From the NCBI GenBank assembly GCA_934613415.1, contig CAKTSY010000006.1, forward strand, positions 1 through 32,000: a stretch of 32,000 bases of DNA, read 5' to 3'. Source of the DNA: an uncultured Opitutales bacterium. Its GTDB lineage: Bacteria > Verrucomicrobiota > Verrucomicrobiia > Opitutales > Intestinicryptomonadaceae. Of the stretch, positions 6,412 to 15,360 are shown piece by piece; within the stretch, counting starts at the first letter, position 1; every line of letters starts with the position of its first letter. Both the position numbers and the translations under genes were made by a program. Below the pieces are notes generated by a model that saw only the letters and a list, made by a program, of their open reading frames with translations, had not been told where the DNA came from and searched no databases.

Positions 6412-8425
6412 TTTTCTCCGAAAAATGATTCTGCAAGAGCGCAAGAATAAAGATACGAACGCACAAATAAATGCGCTTGTGTATTTGCGCGTGTCTACCA
6501 ACAGGCAGGCGGCAAAAGAATTTTCATCCATTGACGCCCAACGCAAGATGGTTGACGAATATGCTTCGCGGAATCCGAAAATATGCATTGTTGGCGAATA
6601 TTCTGACGCAAAATCGGCAAAAGACACCAACCGGCGAGGCTTTCGCGAAATGCTTGCGCGCATCGAACGGGGAGGAATTGACGCTGTAATTAGCTATAAA
6701 AATGACAGAGTTTGCCGCAACAAGGCTAATTTTGCGGAACTAAAACAGTTTCTAAACGAACACAATGTCAGACTTATTTACAGCAATGATTTTTCCTCCG
6801 ACGGTAGCCCGACGGGTGATTTTGCCGAAGACATTACGGTAAATCTTTCCGAAATGGAGCGGCGGAAAATTTCTGAGCGTACCGCGCACAAATATTTGCA
6901 GAATCTAAAACGCGGGTTCCGTTCTGGTGGGGTTGCTCCGTTTGGTTACAAAACGGGGCGAACGGCTTGCTCGATAGAAATAGACAGTGCGAATGCGGAG
7001 ATTGTCCGTAAAATTTACTCAGAATTCCTATCCGGCGAAAAGCCGTCGGAAATTTCCGCACACCTTACAAAACGCTACGGGCAAATACCGTTGCGGAAAA
7101 CGCGTTCGGGACGACAACTTGGCGGCAAGCCGTTCAACGAAAACTTTGTCCGCAAGGTGTTGGCAAATCCGATGTATTCGGGCTATAACTACATCGGCCT
7201 CGGGGCGGAAAATTCGCGGCCAAAATACGAATTGTTCAAAGGTGTTCATTCGCCGATTGTCAAAAAGTCGGAATGGGACAAAGTTCAGGAAAGCCTCTAT
7301 TGTGTTCCCAAACAAAGAAAGAGCGTGCCCATAATTTCGAGCGACGAATATTTGCTGAAAGGCTATCTGCGATGCGTGTGCGGCAGTATGATGACGACGG
7401 CGTATACTCTTCGTAAAGGGCGAAAATACCCGTATTACATTTGCTCGCGCCGCAACAAGGAACATTCGGCGTGCGAATGCAATGAAGGTGGAATTGCTCT
7501 TTCCGTGCTAGAGGGGGTTGTCTTTTCGGCGATAGGTTATTTTATGCGAGAGAAACTCTCTGCGATTTCCCGCAACGGAGAATATCGCGAAGAACTGGAA
7601 CGTAAAATAGCGGCATTGAGGACAGCCCGCGAGCGGTTGCGCAAAAAAGTTGCCTGTGCCAACGACGAATATTTATCCTGTTCGGACGAACTGATGAAAG
7701 CTCATTTTAAGGAATCGCTTCGGATGCTTGTTGAAGAGGAACGAAATTTGGAGCGAAAGTTGGGCGATACCGTAGAAGAGCAAAAGTTGCTCTCCGCGGT
7801 AGACACTGCAAACCAATCGCGGACTGTATCGGCAAATATTCGCGATATGGATTTGCTGCAAAACAATCTTACTCCCGAAGAAAAGAGAACCATTCTTGAA
7901 AACGCGATAGAACGTCTTGTCATTTCGTCCGTGTCGCATAAAAGCCGTTTTTGCCGCGAAATGTCTTTGAAGGTTTTTCCTACACACGAGCTTAACGGGG
8001 TAATTCCCAAGTGTGATTTGCGTTTTATCGTGGATACATCAAGAGGCAAGTCGCTTTGGAAAATAATTAGCCCTTTTGAAATGCCGTGCAGTGCATTGAT
8101 GGAAATGGAGAAAGTTCCGAAGTCCAAAACCGCCCGCCATTTTATTTGCGATGTTTTGGATTGGCGGCGCGAAATTGAAACGCGGAAGATTACCGCAACG
8201 CAGTTTTGTGCCGAGCATGGTATTAAAAAGTCGTTGTTTAGCCTAAAATACGGATTGCTCAAAAAGCTTTCGCCCGAAGTTGTGGAATTTTTAGCTAAAA
8301 TGATTCTTCCCGCGATACCCCAAAGAATGAGCTATCGCAAAACATCGGAGCTTGCAAAATTGCCGCAAAACGAGCAGATGGCAGAACTTCGCAGGGTTTG
8401 TGGAAATTTGAATGTGTCAGTATAG
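6404..8425 (+). CDS. Large serine recombinase: resolvase catalytic domain, recombinase domain and zinc ribbon, with a C-terminal ParB-like HTH extension.
   Basis: Motifs: YLRVSTNRQ (catalytic Ser), GIDAVISYKNDRVCRN, GGVAPFGYK, and Cys-rich CVCGSMMT...YYICSRR...HSACEC. The AAGGAGG RBS at 6389-6395 favours the ATG at 6404 over the TTG at 6398 given in the ORF track. Confidence 0.9.
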   Translation: MGDFLRKMILQERKNKDTNAQINALVYLRVSTNRQAAKEFSSIDAQRKMVDEYASRNPKICIVGEYSDAKSAKDTNRRGFREMLARIERGGIDAVISYKNDRVCRNKANFAELKQFLNEHNVRLIYSNDFSSDGSPTGDFAEDITVNLSEMERRKISERTAHKYLQNLKRGFRSGGVAPFGYKTGRTACSIEIDSANAEIVRKIYSEFLSGEKPSEISAHLTKRYGQIPLRKTRSGRQLGGKPFNENFVRKVLANPMYSGYNYIGLGAENSRPKYELFKGVHSPIVKKSEWDKVQESLYCVPKQRKSVPIISSDEYLLKGYLRCVCGSMMTTAYTLRKGRKYPYYICSRRNKEHSACECNEGGIALSVLEGVVFSAIGYFMREKLSAISRNGEYREELERKIAALRTARERLRKKVACANDEYLSCSDELMKAHFKESLRMLVEEERNLERKLGDTVEEQKLLSAVDTANQSRTVSANIRDMDLLQNNLTPEEKRTILENAIERLVISSVSHKSRFCREMSLKVFPTHELNGVIPKCDLRFIVDTSRGKSLWKIISPFEMPCSALMEMEKVPKSKTARHFICDVLDWRREIETRKITATQFCAEHGIKKSLFSLKYGLLKKLSPEVVEFLAKMILPAIPQRMSYRKTSELAKLPQNEQMAELRRVCGNLNVSV

Positions 8426-8728
8426 CAAACGAGAAGTTTAACACTTTGTCTCATTTTGGCGATTATGGCGTTTGAAGATTTCCCCGATTTTGCCAAAAAA
8501 AAAGCGTTTTGGATTCGAACCCCGTTAAACTATCGCAAGTCAGATTTTGGAGTTGGATTTGGCGGAAACGGGGCAACTGGTTTGTGCGATGAATTTAAGT
8601 TGTATTTTGTTCTGAGCCAATGTGTTACCCACAGTGGCGTAGCTACGTGCGGACACAAAAAAACCGCTCAACCTTTCAGGGCTAGCGGCTTCTTTGTTTG
8701 CCGTGTTTAACACGGTTCGCTTTTCAAC

Positions 8729-8760
8729 AACCCTCTGGCGAAGTCGTGGAATTGAACGGC
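8729..8760 (-). pseudogene. Degenerate tRNA 3'-end-like fragment, possibly an att or integration scar.
   Basis: The 12-mer aaccctctggcg (8729-8740) is identical to 8863-8874, which is the trailer plus CCA end of tRNA-Glu. It is followed by gtggaattgaac, compared with gtggggattcgaac in the real T-arm. I could not fold a complete cloverleaf. Confidence 0.3.
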
Positions 8761-8828
8761 GCTGCGCTTGCCCTGCGGGTTTTTGCTATCGCAAAAATTC
8801 CATCCCCAAGCGAACGCCAATCGGGCAC

Positions 8829-8857
8829 AAAAAAAGACAGGCTTTGCAACCTGTCTT
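8829..8857 (-). terminator. Rho-independent terminator downstream of tRNA-Glu.
   Basis: Stem aagacagg/cctgtctt (8834-8841 / 8850-8857), followed on the minus strand by a 7-nt U-tract (8829-8835). Confidence 0.7.
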
Positions 8858-8869
8858 AATAAAACCCTC

Positions 8870-8946
8870 TGGCGTCCCTGTGGGGATTCGAACCCCAGTC
8901 GTAAGAATGAAAATCTTATGTCCTAACCGGGCTAGACGACAGGGAC
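8870..8946 (-). tRNA. tRNA-Glu (anticodon UUC), with CCA encoded.
   Basis: Manual cloverleaf: GTCCCTG TC GTCT-AGCCCGGTTA-GGAC A TAAGA-TTTTCAT-TCTTA CGAC TGGGG-TTCGAAT-CCCCA CAGGGAC G CCA. Length 77 nt; all stems pair. Confidence 0.9.
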
Positions 8947-9111
8947 ATACCAGATTGTTAAAGTCTTTAATGCTGCATAAAAAATTTAGCTTTGCAAGCT
9001 TTTTTTGCAAAAAATTTAAAAATTTTTTATTTATCCTAAAAAAGCTCTTTTGCTGCCGAGATTGGGCTGCAAAATTTATGTAGATTTTTTGCGGAATTTA
9101 GAGGTTAAGGC

Positions 9112-9145
9112 AAAAAAATAAAGCCCAAACTTTGGGCTTTATTTT
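9112..9145 (-). terminator. Rho-independent terminator of the DUF481-like gene; usable in both directions.
   Basis: Stem aaagccca/tgggcttt, flanked by an A-run and a T-run. Confidence 0.7.
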
Positions 9146-9169
9146 GTGTGCAAAATATTTGCTTTAGGT

Positions 9170-10213
9170 TTAGTCCCAACCAAAGGGAACTTCTAGCGCG
9201 ATTATAAAGCGTTGTTCCGTTTTAACCGAGCTGCCAGCATTGATGCCGTCGTACTGGAATGTATATCTTGCCGCCAAGTCGAATACGGGAGTTGGCGATA
9301 CAACCAAGCCCAACATAAAGTTGAATGTATATTCGCCGCCGTTTGCAAGGTTAATTTCGCCCGCCATTTTGTTTTCGATTCGCATCCATTCGTGGAATTT
9401 CCAAACAAGGTCTTCGCCCGCGGTCATCATTGCAACGTAGTGGTCGGAATAGTTGTTTGCCTGAATATACTTTAAACCGGGACCGCCATATACGTTAATT
9501 ATAAGGCTGTCGTCTAACATCTTGAATGTATAACCTACGCCAACAATTTCGTTTATTTCGTGGTCTATACCCTTAACCATATCTTTGCGGTAGGAAAGTG
9601 TATTTGTAAAGAACCAGCCTTCGTCGGTGTTCAAGTCGCGTCTGTAAACTGCGCTTGCGCCGTATTTGTCGGTAGAAGTATATTCGGGACCGGTTACGGG
9701 GCTTTCTCTTGTGTAGTCGTAGTAGGCTGCAAGGGCAACCGAGTCTTTATCCCACTTTCGGTCGGCGTTAAGACCAAGCGTATATGCCGTATAGCTTGAA
9801 TTCGTTTTCTTATAATCCATACCGGCTCTAAATTTAACTTTCCAGCCGGCAAGGTAGGGATTTACGGCTTCTACATACTGTTCGCGCCAAGATTTTTCAA
9901 CCGCGCTCATATGTTCGTCTACTTTAGATTCTTCGGCCGCCAACGACTGCGAAGCACTTGCCGTGCCGCCGCTGCCCATAAGGCTTATTGCCTTGCTTTC
10001 AACGCTCTTTGCGGTTTGCGGTTCAATTCGTTCGGCAATCATTTCGCGCGGAACGCTTAAAACGCCGAATGCCGTTTTTACCACAACAGTGTTTGTATCC
10101 GATTCCTGAACTGCGCCGGTTATCTTGTCGCCGTTAGACAAAACAAGAGTTGTTGCCGAAAGAATATTCGCCAAAAACAACGCAGCAATAGTCAACAATA
10201 TTTTTCTAAACAT
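9170..10213 (-). CDS. DUF481-like (YdiY-type) outer membrane beta-barrel protein.
   Basis: Signal peptide MFRKILLTIAALFLANILSA. N-terminal LSNGDKITG motif. Alternating aromatic and hydrophilic beta-strand pattern, ending in a terminal aromatic-rich strand (PFGWD). Confidence 0.5.
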   Translation of the reverse strand: MFRKILLTIAALFLANILSATTLVLSNGDKITGAVQESDTNTVVVKTAFGVLSVPREMIAERIEPQTAKSVESKAISLMGSGGTASASQSLAAEESKVDEHMSAVEKSWREQYVEAVNPYLAGWKVKFRAGMDYKKTNSSYTAYTLGLNADRKWDKDSVALAAYYDYTRESPVTGPEYTSTDKYGASAVYRRDLNTDEGWFFTNTLSYRKDMVKGIDHEINEIVGVGYTFKMLDDSLIINVYGGPGLKYIQANNYSDHYVAMMTAGEDLVWKFHEWMRIENKMAGEINLANGGEYTFNFMLGLVVSPTPVFDLAARYTFQYDGINAGSSVKTEQRFIIALEVPFGWD

Positions 10214-10287
10214 AATGCTTTAAATATTTTTAAAAACGTGGAAGAATCTAACAATTACGTTCACTGCTAGTCAATATATTTCCGCAA

Positions 10288-10875
10288 ATGATAGACGAAC
10301 TTTTAAAAAACTTTAGTCGCAAAGGCTTTAAGGCAAGCTACTTTAAAGACGCTAAAAGTGCAACCAACTGGCTTTGCCAAAACATAAAAAACACAAGCGT
10401 GGGCTTTGGAGGGTCTACAACCGTTGGCCAGCTAAACTTAATAGAGCTTCTTGGCGAAAACAACCAAGTGTTTGCCCACGCAAAAGACGGCCCTAGCGCA
10501 TACCAAGGGGCAAGGAATGCCGAAACTTACATTTGCAGCGCAAACGCAATAACCAAAACGGGCGAAATTGTGAACATAGACGGCCGCGGCAACAGGGTAT
10601 CGGCAACGTCGTACGGGGCAAAGCGCGTGTTTTTTGTTTGCGGCACAAATAAGATTACCCAAGACCTACAAAGTGCCCTTTACAGGGCAAAAAATGTCGC
10701 AGCCCCGCTGAATGCAAAAAGGCTAAAGCGCAAAACCCCGTGTGCTATAAAGAGCGACAAGTGCTACAACTGCCAAAGCCCCGAAAGAATTTGCAACATA
10801 ACAACAATTATAACAAACCCGCCCTTTGATATGCAGGTATTCCTTGTGCTAATAGAAGGAAACTTCGGGTTTTAG
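10288..10875 (+). CDS. LUD-domain (lactate utilization protein C / YkgG-like) protein.
   Basis: Motifs typical of the ~200-aa LUD family: VGFGGSTT, CSANAITKTGEIVNIDGRGNRV, NVAAPLNAKRL and a Cys cluster (CYNCQSPERIC). Confidence 0.6.
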   Translation: MIDELLKNFSRKGFKASYFKDAKSATNWLCQNIKNTSVGFGGSTTVGQLNLIELLGENNQVFAHAKDGPSAYQGARNAETYICSANAITKTGEIVNIDGRGNRVSATSYGAKRVFFVCGTNKITQDLQSALYRAKNVAAPLNAKRLKRKTPCAIKSDKCYNCQSPERICNITTIITNPPFDMQVFLVLIEGNFGF

Positions 10876-10903
10876 TGCGCAAAAACCTAAATCTACACAA
10901 ACG

Positions 10904-10933
10904 AAAAAGGCGGGGGAAAACCCCCGCCTTTTT
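10904..10933. terminator. Bidirectional rho-independent terminator.
   Basis: aaaaa-ggcggggg-aaaa-cccccgcc-ttttt, between convergent genes. Confidence 0.85.
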
Positions 10934-10951
10934 GCAAAACTTACCGAACAC

Positions 10952-11572
10952 TTAAAGCGTTTTTAAAAATTCTAAAAGCTTGCGCAAGGCTTTGCCGCGG
11001 TGGCTAATTTCGTTCTTCTTTTCGGCGGGCATTTCGGCCGTTGTGCAGCCAAACTCGTCGCAAAAAAACAAAGGGTCGTAGCCAAAGCCGCCGTTGCCCT
11101 TTTCGCCGTGGTTTATGCGGCCTTCAACCTTGCCAGAAAACGAATGCACGGTGCCGTCGGGGCAAATAAACGCCAATTCGCAAACAAAGCGCGCCGTTCT
11201 TTTATGGTCGGGCACGTTTGCCAAGTTTGCCAAAAGTTTTTTGTTGTTTTCGGCGTCGGCATTTGGGCCTTTTACGCCCGCATATCTTGCCGAATGCACG
11301 CCCGGAGCCCCGTTTAATGCGTCAACAACAATGCCGCTGTCGTCGGCCAAAACAAAGGCGTCTTTAGGCGCAATTTTCTTTAGTGCCGAAGCTTTTAAAA
11401 AGGCGTTGCCTGTAAATGTTTCGGAATTTTCGTCTACATCGGGCATTCCGCCCAAGTCGGTTGCCGATTTTAAAACCCATCCCGAGCCTTCCAGCATCTG
11501 CGAAAATTCCGAAAGCTTATGGGCGTTACCCGTAGCCAAATATATAACCTTATTCATCTGCTTTTTTAACAT
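10952..11572 (-). CDS. rdgB: Non-canonical purine NTP pyrophosphatase (RdgB/HAM1 family).
   Basis: Motifs ATGNAHKLSEF, FGYDPLF, EKNEISHRGKAL. The likely true start is the ATG at 11557 ([11 protein letters not shown]). Confidence 0.85.
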   Translation of the reverse strand: MLKKQMNKVIYLATGNAHKLSEFSQMLEGSGWVLKSATDLGGMPDVDENSETFTGNAFLKASALKKIAPKDAFVLADDSGIVVDALNGAPGVHSARYAGVKGPNADAENNKKLLANLANVPDHKRTARFVCELAFICPDGTVHSFSGKVEGRINHGEKGNGGFGYDPLFFCDEFGCTTAEMPAEKKNEISHRGKALRKLLEFLKTL

Positions 11573-12527
11573 CGCGTTTTTTTGTTAGAAGTCTGGCCTT
11601 AGACAGCGCAAAATTCGGTTCCGAAAATTCGCTTTTGCCCTCGTTTTTCAAAATACCGTAAACGGCACCCATTTTCGCATCTAAATAGTCTACGCACGAA
11701 ACAAAAACGGCTTCGGGTGTTGCAGGCAAAACAACCGCGCCCCACTCTATTTCACCGTGATGGCTAAGCATAATGTGCTCTAACCTTTCGCGAGAATCGT
11801 CGTCTAAGCCGCATTTTATGGCGGCTTTGCGCACAAACCTATACGACAGAACCAAGTGCCCCTCTAAAAGCCCCGAGCGGGTTTTGTTGAAAGTTAAATC
11901 CTGCGCATATTCTATAACCTTGCCAGTATCGTGCAAAATCACGCCGGCCAACGCCATATTGCGATCTATAAACGGATATAAATCGAACAGTGCATTCGCC
12001 GTTTTTGCGCACGAAAGGGTATGCTCTAAAAGCCCGTGAATGTAGGCGTGGTGCATACTTTTTGCCGCCGTGCTTGTGAAGAAATTTTCGGCAACAACGG
12101 GTTCGGCAAACACGCTTAACACTGTATTTCTTAAGGGCTCTTCGCTTATGGTGTCGATAAGCGCAAAAAGCTCGGCCTTCATTTGCTCGGGATCTTTGTC
12201 GGAAACGGGACACAAGTCTTTTGCGTAGGGCTTTGCCTCGTCTTTGTCGAGCTTTTCTACATATTCAAGGCGGGGGCTGAATTTGTCGTTATAAAAATCG
12301 GCGCGCCCCGAAATCCTGAAAATATCGCCCGCTTTCGACACTTTTACCACGCCAAAAAACGCATTGTCGCCGAACACCATAAAGGTTATCGAGCCAGATT
12401 TGTCGCCGAAGTCGGCAACCAAAAATTCTCCGCCGTTTTTTGCGGTTTTCGACTGAACCTCTTTTAAAATGGCAACGGTTTCGAACGAGTCGCCCCTGCC
12501 TAAATTTTTTGCGTCTGAAATTTTCAT
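11550..12527 (-). CDS. YhaM-like 3'-5' exoribonuclease / HD-domain phosphohydrolase with an N-terminal OB fold.
   Basis: The N-terminal OB-like region ([15 protein letters not shown]) precedes an HD domain ([13 protein letters not shown] ... ILHDTGKV ... MLSHHGE). Its start overlaps the coaD stop (ATGA). Confidence 0.65.
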   Translation of the reverse strand: MKISDAKNLGRGDSFETVAILKEVQSKTAKNGGEFLVADFGDKSGSITFMVFGDNAFFGVVKVSKAGDIFRISGRADFYNDKFSPRLEYVEKLDKDEAKPYAKDLCPVSDKDPEQMKAELFALIDTISEEPLRNTVLSVFAEPVVAENFFTSTAAKSMHHAYIHGLLEHTLSCAKTANALFDLYPFIDRNMALAGVILHDTGKVIEYAQDLTFNKTRSGLLEGHLVLSYRFVRKAAIKCGLDDDSRERLEHIMLSHHGEIEWGAVVLPATPEAVFVSCVDYLDAKMGAVYGILKNEGKSEFSEPNFALSKARLLTKKRDVKKADE

Positions 12528-13012
12528 AAAGTGTTTTTCCTTTTTTCCACCAAAGCCTTTACAACGTTTTCGGGGGCAAACGCCCTTATTTTTTCGGGCT
12601 TAAAATTTGCAACTTCCTTTATAAGGGTAGAGCTTGTAAAGAAATATGCGTTTGATGGCATAAGCAAAATTGTTTCTATAGAATCGTTCAAATGCCTGTT
12701 CATTTGCGCAAGCTGAAACTCGAACTCGAAGTCCGAAACAACCCTAAGACCGCGAATAAGCGCGCATGCGTTGTTTTTTTCGGCAAAGTCTATGGTTAGC
12801 CCGTCTAAAACCGCAACTTCAACATTGGGCATATCGGCAATATTTTCCTCTATTAGGCGCACTCTTTCGGGAATGTCGAACAATGGCTTTTTGCCTGAAT
12901 TTTTGGCGACGGCAATAATCACCTTGTCGAAAATTTCCAAGGCGCGTTTAAGAATGTCGAGATGCCCTAATGTTATAGGGTCGAAAGACCCCGGGTACAC
13001 TGCGGTTTTCAT
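12524..13012 (-). CDS. coaD: Phosphopantetheine adenylyltransferase.
   Basis: [20 protein letters not shown] is the canonical CoaD N-terminus. The ORF-track start at 13051 adds 13 residues unlikely to be real. Confidence 0.9.
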   Translation of the reverse strand: MKTAVYPGSFDPITLGHLDILKRALEIFDKVIIAVAKNSGKKPLFDIPERVRLIEENIADMPNVEVAVLDGLTIDFAEKNNACALIRGLRVVSDFEFEFQLAQMNRHLNDSIETILLMPSNAYFFTSSTLIKEVANFKPEKIRAFAPENVVKALVEKRKNTL

Positions 13013-13088
13013 ACGAGTATTTTTTTGTTGTAAAGAGTATTGTGTGTGCAATAATGTGCCAAAATATTTTTAGTACAAACCTTTTTTA

Positions 13089-13670
13089 ATGAATTTGCCC
13101 AATATATTAACGCTCGCAAGAGTTGCGGCAAGCTTCGCGGTGTGCGTGGCTTTGTGTGTCAATGTCGAATGGTTTGCCCTTTCGGCGTTCGTGCTTTTTT
13201 TGGCTGGGGCTGTTACCGACTGGTTCGACGGCTACTTTGCAAGAAAATACTCGCTTATTACAAACTTCGGCAAGTTTATGGACGCTTTGTGCGACAAGAT
13301 TATGATTTTGGGCATTGCCGTTGTAATGATCGCCCTTAATATTTTCGGCGAATACAACCTTATTGCGGCGTTTTGCGTTATGCTTACTGTAACGCGCGAA
13401 TTTTTTGTTAGCGGCATAAGAATGATGGCGGCAAAAGAGGGCGTTGTTATTGCTGCCGAAAAAATGGGCAAATACAAAACGGCGTTTCAGATGGTTTCGC
13501 TAGGAGCCTTTATTTTGGCGAACTCGGTTGTAAAAGATTTTGGCGCCGCCGACACCTTTTTTTGGACGCTTTGCCACGATGTGGGCGTTGTAATGCTTTT
13601 GTTGTCGACATTTTTGGCGGGGCTTTCGGGAATAAACTACGCAGTAAAATACAGAAAACTTTATTTGTAG
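13089..13670 (+). CDS. pgsA: CDP-diacylglycerol--glycerol-3-phosphate 3-phosphatidyltransferase.
   Basis: CDP-alcohol phosphatidyltransferase motif DWFDGYFARKYSLITNFGKFMDALCDKI. Multiple TM segments. Confidence 0.85.
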   Translation: MNLPNILTLARVAASFAVCVALCVNVEWFALSAFVLFLAGAVTDWFDGYFARKYSLITNFGKFMDALCDKIMILGIAVVMIALNIFGEYNLIAAFCVMLTVTREFFVSGIRMMAAKEGVVIAAEKMGKYKTAFQMVSLGAFILANSVVKDFGAADTFFWTLCHDVGVVMLLLSTFLAGLSGINYAVKYRKLYL

Positions 13671-13674
13671 AAAA

Positions 13675-14175
13675 ATGTTTAAGCTAAACAAATTTTTGGC
13701 GTTGCTGGGCAAAGAGAACATTGTTGCTTTTGCCACCCTCGGCAAGATAGGCTCGTTAAAAGCTCCCGGAACTTTCGGCAGCCTTGCGGGAATTTTGTTT
13801 TTTACGGTTGCGCTTTTCTATGCAAGCTTGCCCGTTTTGGTTTTATATTCGCTTGTTTCGGCATATGTTGCCGTTGGCATTTGCGACTTGGCGGAAAGCT
13901 ATATAGGGGTAAAAGATCCTCACGAAGTTATATTGGACGAATTTGTTGCCATACCCTTTTGCTTTTGGGGAATTAACCTTAATTTTGGAAGCGGCAATTT
14001 TATAATTGTTGCGCTGGCTTTTGGATTATTCAGACTTTTCGACATAACAAAGCCGCTTTTTATAAACAAGTTGCAAGAGCTTAAAGGCGGCCTAGGCTGC
14101 GTTGCCGACGACATTGCGGCAGCCCTTACAACTTGTGTTTGCCTACACGTTATAATAAAGCTTTTTATGCAATAA
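13675..14175 (+). CDS. pgpA: Phosphatidylglycerophosphatase A.
   Basis: Motifs GTFGSLAG, DEFVAIP, RLFDITKP, GGLGCVADDIAAAL. Located 4 nt downstream of pgsA. Confidence 0.8.
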   Translation: MFKLNKFLALLGKENIVAFATLGKIGSLKAPGTFGSLAGILFFTVALFYASLPVLVLYSLVSAYVAVGICDLAESYIGVKDPHEVILDEFVAIPFCFWGINLNFGSGNFIIVALAFGLFRLFDITKPLFINKLQELKGGLGCVADDIAAALTTCVCLHVIIKLFMQ

Positions 14176-14194
14176 ACGGCAAAATTTTTTGCGC

Positions 14195-14234
14195 AAAAAA
14201 AATGCGGAGCATACCAATTGCCCCGCATTTTTTT
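14195..14234. terminator. Bidirectional terminator between pgpA and the LacI-family gene.
   Basis: A-run, stem aatgcgg/ccgcatt, T-run. Confidence 0.6.
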
Positions 14235-14249
14235 GTTTTATGTAAATGG

Positions 14250-15260
14250 CTATTGCAAGCTAGATTCCCTATACTCTATTTTTGTGTCGAGCAGCTTAAA
14301 AAATACGTCGCCTTCGGGATTGTTTATTCGCGCCAAAATCGCATCGGCGCCCATTTCTCCCATCTTGTGCGTATCGGTTACAGCCGTAGACAATGTGGGG
14401 CTTGTAATCTTGCTCATTTGAATCGAGTCGTAGCCGAAAAACGAAATTTGCGCGGGAATATTGTAGCCCAACTTTTTGGCGTGGTTCATAAGGGCTATTG
14501 CCAAATTATCGTTGCACGAAAATATTGCGCCGTTTTGTATGTCTTTTGAAAAATTTTGGTCGAAAATTTCAATGGCTTCGGCTTCGGTATCGAATTTGTC
14601 GAAAACCTTTGCGTTTTGTACCGCAAATTTAGAAACGGCATTTTTAAAGCCGCCAAGACGCTCTTTTGTGTTGTAGTCGTCGTGGTCGAAGGCAAAGTAG
14701 GTTAAGTTTTTTGCGCCTTTTAAAAGGGCTGTTTGCACCATTCTTTGAGTTGCTTCAAAACCGTTTGTAGTTATCGAATCTATGCCGCTTATATAGGTAT
14801 CTAGCGCAACGCACTTTATTTCGGAGGTCTTTATAATGTCGGCAGCAGCTTCGGGGAAGCCGCCCAAAAGAACAACACCGTCTACCTTGCCGTATTTTAT
14901 GCAGTTTGGCGGAGTCTTAGTTTCCACATTTTCGGGCGTAAATTCGGAAATCAAGAGCTCGTAATTATATTCCGACAACCTTTTTTGCAGGTTGTGCATT
15001 AAGTTAAGGTAATATTCGTTTTTGAATATGTCGGTATTAGAGCGGTAAAACACAACGCCTATTGTTTGCGTTTTGCCCGTGCGCAACATTCTAGCCTTAA
15101 AGTTTACCGAATAACCAAGCTCTTTTATTATCTTTTGTATTTCGGTTTCCGTTTCGGTAGAGTAGTTGCCTTTTTTATTTAAAACATTCGACACCGTAGC
15201 CGTCGAGCAATGCGCCCTTTCGGCTATGGTTTTAAGAGACAATTTTTTGGTATTGGCCAT
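14250..15260 (-). CDS. LacI-family transcriptional regulator.
   Basis: N-terminal HTH LKTIAERAHCSTATVSNVLNKKG, followed by a periplasmic-binding-protein-like sugar-binding fold. Confidence 0.85.
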   Translation of the reverse strand: MANTKKLSLKTIAERAHCSTATVSNVLNKKGNYSTETETEIQKIIKELGYSVNFKARMLRTGKTQTIGVVFYRSNTDIFKNEYYLNLMHNLQKRLSEYNYELLISEFTPENVETKTPPNCIKYGKVDGVVLLGGFPEAAADIIKTSEIKCVALDTYISGIDSITTNGFEATQRMVQTALLKGAKNLTYFAFDHDDYNTKERLGGFKNAVSKFAVQNAKVFDKFDTEAEAIEIFDQNFSKDIQNGAIFSCNDNLAIALMNHAKKLGYNIPAQISFFGYDSIQMSKITSPTLSTAVTDTHKMGEMGADAILARINNPEGDVFFKLLDTKIEYRESSLQ

Positions 15261-15360
15261 TCTTTTTTTTCGTTATCACAATAAGTTATCTTAATTATCG
15301 TTAACTAAGGCAAGTAAAAAGTTTTTGACAAGCCGCGCGAAAAACAAAAAACTTTTATTT

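Larger units (their letters stand above)
1222..8425. mobile_element. Gene-defined core of an integrative mobilizable element-like module: tyrosine recombinase, MobF relaxase, unknown protein, HTH protein, serine recombinase.
   Basis: Two recombinase genes and a relaxase co-occur, with no coupling protein or type IV secretion genes. tRNA-Glu and tRNA-like fragments lie immediately to the right. Exact att boundaries were not identified. Confidence 0.55.

Noticed and set aside
8735-8825. Possible second complete tRNA gene downstream of tRNA-Glu, ending in ...CGCCA.
   Set aside because: I could not form an acceptor stem or a T-stem on either strand. Only the 3' terminal ~30 nt resemble a tRNA. 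It is reported as a fragment only.
8897-8904. 8-nt identity (cagtcgta) between the IR arm at 1203-1210 and the tRNA-Glu gene, considered as a possible shared att core.
   Set aside because: About 18 chance 8-mer matches are expected between a 26-mer and both strands of 32 kb. There is no extension of the match.
8456-9083. ORFs 8456-8710 (84 aa), 8694-9083 (129 aa) and 8786-9010 (74 aa).
   Set aside because: They overlap tRNA-Glu, its terminator and tRNA-like fragments. They use a TTG or weak start and have an odd composition, so they are most likely non-coding.
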